DNA of 19,318 nucleotides from an uncultured Oligoflexus sp. (GTDB lineage Bacteria; Bdellovibrionota_B; Oligoflexia; Oligoflexales; Oligoflexaceae): NCBI GenBank assembly GCA_964236955.1, contig CAXSGP010000091.1, positions 1 to 19,318 of the forward strand, read 5' to 3'. Shown piece by piece: positions 7,507 to 15,032 of this stretch (position 1 is its first letter; each line of letters starts with the position of its first letter). The notes under the pieces were generated by a model. It saw only the letters and a program-made list of their open reading frames with translations, ran no database searches and was not told where the DNA came from. The position numbers and the translations under genes were made by a program.

Positions 7507-9732
7507 ATGGCGAGGGTACATTTACTCGATGACGAGCTTATAAACAAGATCGCAGCGGGCGAAGTTGTAGAAAGACCCGCAAGTGTGGTCAAAGAACTCG
7601 TTGAGAACGCCATTGATGCGGGGGCCCAGCACATAAGAGTCAGTCTAAAAGACGGGGGACGCCAGCTCATCGAAATTTCAGACGATGGGCTGGGTATGAG
7701 TCCCGAAGATGCGCTGCTGTCACTGAAGCGGCACACAACGTCAAAATTAAGCAATGCGGACGATCTTTTTGAAGTTTCGACTTTGGGTTTTCGAGGGGAG
7801 GCCTTGGCTTCGATTTCCGCGGTCAGCCGGTTTACTTTGCAGACGATGAGCCGCGATGTTGCCGAAGGTCTGCGGGTGCAGCACGAGGAGGGGAAATCTT
7901 GAACCGGAAAAATCGCAACCCGTTTTCCCTGGCAGGGATCATTCGGGACCAGCGTTACGATCAAGGATCTTTTCTATAATGTTCCTGCCCGTAAATCCTT
8001 TATGAAGACAGCCGCCGCGGAATTTGCGGTTTGTCATGAATATCTTCAGGCCCTGGCCCTTGCTCTTCCCCAATTGGGCTTTCGCTTGCTCCATAACGAA
8101 AAAGAGATCTTTTCGGTCAGTCCCTTGCCCGTTCCGGATGGATGGGCCCGCGGCGAGCAGGCTTTGCGTCTGCGTTCGGCCGCTCTGTTAGGCGAAGAAC
8201 TCAGCAGCAAACTCATCTATATCCAGCATCAGGATCGCCACGTGCGCGTTGAGGCCTTGATTTCACCGCCGGGTCTTGACAAGGGTACGGCCAAATATAT
8301 TTTTAGTTTTGTGAATAATCGCTGGGTCAAAGACAAGCTTTTGCGCTATGGAATACTTCGCGGTTATCACTCGCACATCCTGCGTGGCAAATTTCCAGTG
8401 GTGCTCCTTCACGTTGATATGGAAGCTTCGCTTGTCGACGTCAACGTTCATCCGGCCAAGACGGAGTTACGTTTTCAGTATGGGTCGGAGGTTCAAAATT
8501 CAATAGCCATGGCGATTCGTGACGGATTGCGGCAGGGGGCTTGGGCTTCTTCCCCAGCGAAGCCCAGTGCGGCGGCATCGGCGGCCTATGCACCGCCGGA
8601 AGATGCAGGTGACTCTCCTTCCACTTCCGCTTTGCCTTCTCCCTTTCAGAAAAACGAAGGCCGGATTCCAGACGATTTCGATCTGCTGCTGTCCAAAGAC
8701 AAGGGCGAAGAAAAATCCGCCTTCGCCGCTATCGCCATGAAAGAAGCCCGCGAATCCGCCCCTCTGAAGCTCGGCGCGGTCCCTAGTCCGGCGTCTTCCG
8801 GAATCAGACGAACGACGATGTCATTCGATTCGCCTTTTCATGGGGCAGATCCAGCCAGTCCATCGCCGGCAGCTGACCAGAATTCAACGGCCATTTTTCC
8901 CCATTTTCCAAAACCTGACCCAAGCTTTGAGAAAAAATCCGATACGAAATATCAAGCGCCTGAAGTCGGAAAAGGATGGCGTCAGCCTTCTGCAGCGCCG
9001 GCGGGCACGTCACCGGCAGCGGGGCCAGCGACGTCCTCTGCTTCTGTGGCAAGCCCCGTTGCGTCGCCATCAGCCCGCTCCGGCCTGGAGGACGAAAGGA
9101 CCGCTGCTGGAATGTTGGTGGCCATGGAAGTCAAAGAGAGTCGTCCGGCTCCTTTAGGAACGGCTATTCCCTGGGACGAACTTCGTTTCGTTGGGGCATT
9201 TCAGAGGTGTTTTCTGTTCTTTGAGCATCAGGACCAGCTGCTCGTTGTCGATCAGCACGCTTTTCATGAACGTATACTCTACGAACGTCTCCTGCAAAAT
9301 CCAGCTCTTCTCAAACGCACCCAGGCCCTGCTCATGCCAGAGGTGCTGGAATACAGTTATGCCGAATGTGTGGAGCTTGAAGAAAAGCGCGAGGAACTCA
9401 AAAGCCTTGGCTTTGAATTTTTGGTGGTTTCCTCAACCGAGATCGAAGTCAGAGCCATCCCGGCTCTGCTGGTGAACAAGGATATCCAGGGCTTGTTTTC
9501 ATCGCTATTGAACGGACCTAAAAACCATCAGGAGATACTCCACGATGTCTTAGCCTCGGTGGCCTGTCATGCCGCTGTGCGGGCCGGCGAAGAAATTCCC
9601 GAGCCCGAGCTCAAGCAACTCCTTGCCGAAGCGAGGACCGTTGATTTCTTTTTGAACTGTCCGCATGGACGACGGGTTTTGCGCTGGTGGAAAGCCAGTC
9701 AGGTGGCTGCCTGGTTTGATCGATTGGGATGA
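7507..9732 (+). pseudogene. mutL: DNA mismatch repair protein MutL, interrupted by one in-frame TGA at 7900-7902 (true pseudogene or sequence artefact)
   Basis: N-terminal [39 protein letters not shown] and [11 protein letters not shown]. After the TGA the same frame continues GTSVTIKDLFYNVPARKSFMKT ... VDVNVHPAKTE ... DQHAFHERILYE, QALLMP, ACH, CPHGR. ORFs 7507..7902 and 8002..9732 share one frame. Identity as mutL is high confidence; pseudogene status is not. Confidence 0.85.
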
Positions 9733-9736
9733 TGCC

Positions 9737-10630
9737 ATGAACAGGCGCTACCTGGCCATAATCGGTGCAACAGCAAGTGGAAAATCAGATCTCGCCCTGC
9801 GCCTGGCACAGCAGTATGGAGGCGAACTTGTCAACTGCGATTCCGTACAGATCTACCGAGGTTTTGACATCGGAGCGGCCAAACCCAATGCCGAGGAACG
9901 CGCCCTGGTTCCTCACCATCTCGTCGATGCTTTGTCATGGGACGAAGATTTTGATGCCCGCAAATTCGCCGCTCGCGCCGATGCAGCCATTACCGAGATT
10001 CGCAGCCGCGGCAAAGTTCCAATCGTTGTGGGAGGCACGGGGCTTTATCTAAAGGCCCTTTGGCAGGAAGGCTTTCACGATCTGCCAAAAGACGGGGCGA
10101 TGCGTGAGGAGCTGAATCTCATGAGCCTCTCCGAACTTAGAGCCGAACTCAATCACATCGATAACGCCCGATCGCAAGAAATTCATGACAACGATCGGTT
10201 GCGCCTGCAGCGTGCGGTAGAAGTCGCGCGGCTGCTTGGTCACTCGATTAAAGATCTGCACGCACCGCTCAGCAAAAGAAGCGAGGCCTTCGTTATATCC
10301 ATGAACTGCCCGCGGGCAGTTCTGCAAGAAAGGATCATGGTAAGAAGCCGTAAAATGCTTTCAGAAGGTCTTATCGAAGAGGTCAGGGGACTGATCGGGC
10401 AGGGTGTGCCGGCAAGCGCGAAGCCCATGCAAAGCATAGGCTATCATCAAGTTCTGGCTTTTCTTCGAGGCGATCTCAGCCACCAGCAGCTGCAAGAGGA
10501 TATTATCATCGCGACCCGGCAGTATGCCAAGCGCCAGGAGACTTTGTTTAAAAAGATCCACAAAGACTACGAGTGGGATTCGGAAAGCAGCCGCCTCGAA
10601 GATCTTTGGGCCCTTATTTCAAAAGGGTGA
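9737..10630 (+). CDS. miaA: tRNA dimethylallyltransferase
   Basis: GATASGKS, DSVQIYRGFDIGAAKP, PHHL, VGGTGLY, SIGY and TRQYAKRQ. Start placed at ATG 9737, just after the mutL stop. mutL-miaA adjacency is a known conserved arrangement. Confidence 0.95.
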   Translation: MNRRYLAIIGATASGKSDLALRLAQQYGGELVNCDSVQIYRGFDIGAAKPNAEERALVPHHLVDALSWDEDFDARKFAARADAAITEIRSRGKVPIVVGGTGLYLKALWQEGFHDLPKDGAMREELNLMSLSELRAELNHIDNARSQEIHDNDRLRLQRAVEVARLLGHSIKDLHAPLSKRSEAFVISMNCPRAVLQERIMVRSRKMLSEGLIEEVRGLIGQGVPASAKPMQSIGYHQVLAFLRGDLSHQQLQEDIIIATRQYAKRQETLFKKIHKDYEWDSESSRLEDLWALISKG

Positions 10631-11923
10631 ACTGCCGATAGAACTCCGCGAACAGCCGCACTCCCCAAAACAAAGGGCGTCGCCTACCTTTATGTCATTG
10701 CCGACGCAGCCGGGAAGGGAGCAAAGGTTGATGCCGCGGTTGAGTGGTCCGGGAATACCATCAAAATTTTTGCTTTCAAAACTTTTCATCCATTCAGGCG
10801 CATCCCTGGTATTCTTTAAGGGGATAAGGTTATCGGCAGTATGAAGGGACAGCTCCTTTGGACCCGGATTTCTATAGTCTTCAAAATAGAGACAGCTGCC
10901 AGAGCCGCCCCCGTCATGGTAGGAACCATGGCTGTTCTTGCCGATAAAGGCGATCGCATGGGTTTCATCCTGGACCTGCAGATCATGGCCCTGACGCGTA
11001 TAGGACCCACCGTGTTGAAAATAAAGGACACGTTCGAGACGGCCGTTTTTAATTTTTACGGCAACCCGTTCCCAATCGGCATTGTGACTGCCGAGACCTG
11101 GCGAGCAGGTATCCTGGAAGCCATAGAAAAACCAATACATGATGACGGTTGTTTCCCGGCTGCAATCTTCGTAGGCGTAGTAGACAGGGATTTGGCCGTT
11201 GGCCAGTGATTCCGCCGACTCGTTGCAAATTCGCTCTTTATTGCCGTTTTTTCTCGCATTCCAAAATTCACCCGCGTCGCTTGGAAAGCATTTATTTGGT
11301 TTTGTCTGTTCCTGATCAAAGCGCAGAATAGGTGCAAAGCGCTTGGCCTGTTCGAATTTGCATTCTTCGCTAGCGCAGACTTTTTCCTTGGTGGGACAGA
11401 CAAAAGCTTCGAGACTGTCGCAGTATTGGCCTCGGCAGCGCAGACCCCGCAGATGGGTACCCTGACCGAATTCGACGGTGCCGCCGTTTTCCTCGGATAC
11501 CCCTGGCTTCCAGTAGCAGCTACTGGGATCGACTTCGGTTTCAGGAGCTTTGGCGCACTGTACGGAGAGGCCATCACAGTAACGACCCTGACAGCGCACG
11601 GCCTGGACAAATTCGTTGTTAGGGCAGGTATAGCCTTCTTGGTTCTCTTCTGAGAAATAGGGGCTCCACTCTTGACCTTGGACGGGTTGCTTGGCACCGC
11701 AGAGTAGCTTTATGTTGTCGCAACGGCGGCCTGTGCACTGTAGACCCGTGACCAGGCTATCGTTGCAGTGCGCGGGCGAGGCCTCGCCGTTTTCTTCTGA
11801 GGTTGAGGCTGTCCATTCATCGCTAAGGGCCTGGTGAGTGGCAAGTAGACTGAGCAGGAAAACAAGGCTTAAACCAGCCAGTATGCCGTTTAGCCTGCCT
11901 GATTCTTTGATCCTGTTTCTCAT
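10619..11923 (-). CDS. Secreted Cys-rich protein: three WxxxxSEEN/CxGxxCD repeats plus a C-terminal NPP1(NLP)/Vps62-like domain
   Basis: GGAG RBS before ATG 11923. Signal-peptide-like N-terminus ending HQALS. Three internal repeats. C-terminal motifs FAPILRFD...CFP, VIMYWFFY, GSHNADWERVAV, QHGGSY and SHGSY. The family call is from motif recall only. Confidence 0.7.
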   Translation of the reverse strand: MRNRIKESGRLNGILAGLSLVFLLSLLATHQALSDEWTASTSEENGEASPAHCNDSLVTGLQCTGRRCDNIKLLCGAKQPVQGQEWSPYFSEENQEGYTCPNNEFVQAVRCQGRYCDGLSVQCAKAPETEVDPSSCYWKPGVSEENGGTVEFGQGTHLRGLRCRGQYCDSLEAFVCPTKEKVCASEECKFEQAKRFAPILRFDQEQTKPNKCFPSDAGEFWNARKNGNKERICNESAESLANGQIPVYYAYEDCSRETTVIMYWFFYGFQDTCSPGLGSHNADWERVAVKIKNGRLERVLYFQHGGSYTRQGHDLQVQDETHAIAFIGKNSHGSYHDGGGSGSCLYFEDYRNPGPKELSLHTADNLIPLKNTRDAPEWMKSFESKNFDGIPGPLNRGINLCSLPGCVGNDIKVGDALCFGECGCSRSSIGSSPF

Positions 11924-12309
11924 TTTAAGCTCCGCCGGATTACAATCTGAATGCCGCTGCCAGTGAGAGAACTTCCCTCGAACTTGGCAGAGCCAAGCTT
12001 TCTGCGAGAAAAATGCTGAAAAATTGTTCAAGTCTTAAACTGTCTAACAAAGGGCAACAACGACAACAAGGCTTATTGGGCGAGCAAATGCCCGATAGAC
12101 TCTCTTGCGAACATCGTCTTGAATTTACTGATAAAAATTTTGAATAATAAAGGAGACATGAAGTCATAATAAAGGGGGGCTAAAGATTTTTTAAAAATTC
12201 AGTAAAATTTTTGCAAGTTAAGATGCCAACTTTTCAAGATGCTGACTGTGATTTTCAAAGAGGGACAAGGCTTCCCAGGCGACGATTCGCGCCAAAAAGG
12301 TAGAGAAGG

Positions 12310-12891
12310 CTATTCCCTAACCTTCGCCATTTTGACTAGCATTGGTATGCCTGCCACCACCTGCACCACCGCCGCCGAATCCGCAGCGATCGCTCTATGA
12401 AAGTGGCCCAGCATTCTTCGGAAAAAGCGGGCTAATTCCTGCGGGGGACTGAGTCCCGCACCTATCTCGCTGCTAACTATGACAATGCGATGGTCGGTTT
12501 TGCTTCTCATGACTTCGCAAAAGGCCCTGATTTCCAGATTCAATCGGCTTTCCTGCTGATCAAGATCATATTTATTCCAGCTGCTCAAAAGAACGTTCGC
12601 TAGCCATTGATTGATGGAATCGATGAGGACCTGACGGCTGTCACGGAGGGCTTCGGTCAGGATTTCATTAAGCTCAAAGCCCTCTAAATGCTGCCAATGC
12701 GAGGGTCGAAGCGATTTTAACTGGTGAATACGCGCCTCAAGTTCGCTTAGTGCAGCCGTGCCGATGACCGATGTTGAGGGCTCTGGGTGAAAAGCCTGGA
12801 TGGCGAGTTCGGATTTCCCACTGTACGCGGCTCCCAGGACAAACAGGGGCGAGGGCAATTGCACAAGTGGCGGACAGTCGGACCGGTCCAT
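12310..12891 (-). CDS. cobU: Adenosylcobinamide kinase/adenosylcobinamide-phosphate guanylyltransferase family protein (CobU/CobP)
   Basis: GAAYSGKSELA P-loop, RPSHW, LIDSINQWLAN, IVSSEIGAG and FRRMLG...VVAGIP. Start placed at ATG 12891 after GGAGG. Confidence 0.88.
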   Translation of the reverse strand: MDRSDCPPLVQLPSPLFVLGAAYSGKSELAIQAFHPEPSTSVIGTAALSELEARIHQLKSLRPSHWQHLEGFELNEILTEALRDSRQVLIDSINQWLANVLLSSWNKYDLDQQESRLNLEIRAFCEVMRSKTDHRIVIVSSEIGAGLSPPQELARFFRRMLGHFHRAIAADSAAVVQVVAGIPMLVKMAKVRE

Positions 12892-12927
12892 AGCGTCTCT
12901 CCTCCCCTTCATGGGCTTAAAATTTAC

Positions 12928-12938
12928 ATTTTAGCATA
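12928..12938 (-). promoter_or_regulatory. Putative extended -10 promoter of cobU
   Basis: Minus strand reads TATGCTAAAAT (TGn + TAAAAT), about 37 nt upstream of ATG 12891. Confidence 0.5.
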
Positions 12939-12999
12939 GAGGGTGGAAGAGATCCTCTTGCGATCCATGGCCCAGGATTGATAAGAGATAAGCTCAGTT

Positions 13000-14268
13000 A
13001 TGACAATTCATCTCCTGACGAGGCTATTCCCCATGGGTTTTTTAGAATTAATGCAGCAAAGAGGTATGTTGGCGCAGGTCACGCACGAAGACGAGCTTCG
13101 TGGCTATCTTAAGGGCGGTATTAGGACTGCCTATGCAGGATTCGACCCAACGGGTGATAGTTTGCATGTCGGGCATTTGCTCCCGGTGCTGGCCCTGAGG
13201 CGCTGGCAGCAGTCGGGTCATCGCATCATCGTCCTGCTCGGCGGTGGGACGGCGATGGTCGGCGACCCTACAGGCAAAAGCGAGATGCGGCAGATGATCA
13301 CCGAAGACGTGATCGATCAACGTGCCGAACGTTTCAAAGAGCAGCTTGCGCCTTTTCTCGATTTCTCCTCGCCCGACAAAGGCATAGTCGTCAACAACGC
13401 CGACTGGCTCCGCGAACTTATGTATCTGCCTTTTCTTCGTGAGATCGGCGCTCATTTTTCGGTCAATCGCATGCTAGCCGCCGAATGCTTTAAGCAGCGC
13501 TATGAAAAGGGTCTCTCGTTTTTGGAATTCAATTACATGATTCTGCAAAGCTATGACTTCTACCACCTGAATAAACATCAGGACTGCGCCGTGCAGCTTG
13601 GCGGTGATGATCAGTGGAGCAACATGCTTGGCGGTATGGAACTGGTTCGCCGCAAGGAGCAAAAGCAAGCCTTTTGCGTGACGGTGCCCCTGCTCGTGAA
13701 TTCTCAAGGGAAAAAGATGGGCAAGACCGAAAGCGGAGCGGTCTGGATCGATCCGAAACTGACGTCGCCCTACGACTTCTATCAGTACTTTCGCAATCTC
13801 GATGACGATATGATCGAAAAGTGTTTGTTCTACTTTACCGATCTAGCGGTGGAAGAGGTGAGGCGGCTTTCTTCCCTCCCGGACCGGGCGATCAATGATG
13901 CCAAGATAGCCTTGGCCTTTGAAGTCACCAAACTTGTCCATGGCGAGGCGGAAGCAGTAAAAGTCAAGGCGATGGCCAGCTCTCTTTTTAGTGGCTCTGC
14001 CGAGCGTCTGGCAGCTCCAGAAGTGCTTTTGAATAAGAGTGAGCTTCCGGGGACGACCGTCAACGTCGTTGAGCTTCTTACCCTGAGTAAGCTTTTTCCT
14101 TCCAAAAGCGAAGTTCGCCGCATGATCGAACAAGGGGGGCTGACGCTCGACGGCGAAAAGGTGGAGGTGACGACGCTCGAAGTGGACGTGGCGCGCCTGT
14201 TAAGTGCTGAGGGCATCATGGTGAAGAAGGGCAAGAAGAGTTTTCACCTGCTTCGCATCAATAGCTGA
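13000..14268 (+). CDS. tyrS: Tyrosine--tRNA ligase
   Basis: YAGFDPTGDSLHVGH (HIGH), GDPTGK, QSYDF, QLGGDDQWSN, KMGKT (KMSKS) and a C-terminal S4-like domain ending KKGKK. The start may be ATG 13033. Confidence 0.97.
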   Translation: MTIHLLTRLFPMGFLELMQQRGMLAQVTHEDELRGYLKGGIRTAYAGFDPTGDSLHVGHLLPVLALRRWQQSGHRIIVLLGGGTAMVGDPTGKSEMRQMITEDVIDQRAERFKEQLAPFLDFSSPDKGIVVNNADWLRELMYLPFLREIGAHFSVNRMLAAECFKQRYEKGLSFLEFNYMILQSYDFYHLNKHQDCAVQLGGDDQWSNMLGGMELVRRKEQKQAFCVTVPLLVNSQGKKMGKTESGAVWIDPKLTSPYDFYQYFRNLDDDMIEKCLFYFTDLAVEEVRRLSSLPDRAINDAKIALAFEVTKLVHGEAEAVKVKAMASSLFSGSAERLAAPEVLLNKSELPGTTVNVVELLTLSKLFPSKSEVRRMIEQGGLTLDGEKVEVTTLEVDVARLLSAEGIMVKKGKKSFHLLRINS

Positions 14269-14405
14269 TTTTCTATAGCCAAGAGATCTTTCATGCTTCC
14301 GAACGGGTTTAGATAAGTCTTCGGAACCATTGTGCTTTAACCTCGGTATTAAGCTTACCGCCGTCCCTTCCGACTAGCCTTTAGTTGTTTATCAAGGGAG
14401 CCTAT

Positions 14406-14930
14406 ATGAAACTCACCACCCTACTTTCCCTAAGTCTGTTCGTTGCCTCAGGCGCCGCATTCTCTGCCCAGGTTTCTGCCAAGAAAGATGGGACACAGAT
14501 CATGTCGGAGCCGAAAAAAGGCGGTTCCATTGTTAAAGAACTTAAAAAAGGCGAGACCATCGAATCTTCCGATCGGGCCGGCATGTTCTGGAAGGTGAAA
14601 ACAGCCGATGGCATAAGCGGCTATGTCTCCGTCATGGCGGTACAACGTGAAGTGGAAAATGATTCCGGCATTCAAAATGCATTGCATGATGCCGCGATGA
14701 AAGCCCGCAACTCCAGCGAAAGTGGGGAAACCACCCGGGCCCGATCTGCAGTCATGGGTGTGCGTGGTCTGAATGAAAATAATGAACTCGCTGAGATCGG
14801 AACGCTAAGACCCGATCTTCGTGCGGTATATCATATGGAAGACCGACCTTTGAGTGGCAAGCGAGTCGATAAAATCGAGGAGCTTGTCCTAAGGGAAGTC
14901 GCCAATGCCGCTGCGGCTCAGAATAAATGA
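14406..14930 (+). CDS. Secreted SH3b-domain protein
   Basis: AAGGGAG RBS and a signal peptide ending AAFSA. SH3b pattern IMSEP...IVKELKKGE...FWKVKTADGISGYVS. C-terminal region contains AVMGVRGL. Confidence 0.8.
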   Translation: MKLTTLLSLSLFVASGAAFSAQVSAKKDGTQIMSEPKKGGSIVKELKKGETIESSDRAGMFWKVKTADGISGYVSVMAVQREVENDSGIQNALHDAAMKARNSSESGETTRARSAVMGVRGLNENNELAEIGTLRPDLRAVYHMEDRPLSGKRVDKIEELVLREVANAAAAQNK

Positions 14931-14976
14931 TCTCGGTAATTTAAGTCTTTCAAAGCCTCAATTTTCCCGTTTCATG

Positions 14977-15008
14977 CAGGCCCTCTCCTCGGAGCGGGCC
15001 TGTTTTTT
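14977..15008 (+). terminator. Rho-independent terminator
   Basis: CAGGCCC...GGGCCTG stem with inner CTCC/GGAG pairing, followed by TTTTTT, downstream of the SH3b gene. Confidence 0.8.
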
Positions 15009-15032
15009 GTGCTGCAGCGCTTCTCACAAAGC

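Noticed and set aside
7900..7902. Alternative genetic code (TGA = Trp or Gly)
   Set aside because: Several conserved genes in the window end in TGA at the expected length, and no other gene has an internal TGA.
8002..9732. Treating the 576-aa ORF as an independent gene
   Set aside because: It begins mid-ATPase domain. Conserved MutL sequence (GTSVTIKDLFYNVPARK) lies upstream of its ATG in the same frame.
12212..12228. Sigma54-like promoter TGGCATCTTAACTTGCA on the minus strand
   Set aside because: GG-to-GC spacing is 11 nt instead of the strict 10. Worth revisiting only if the assembly has an indel here.
12913..13032. T-box leader for tyrS or cobalamin riboswitch for cobU
   Set aside because: The divergent intergenic region is too short and lacks the consensus motifs.
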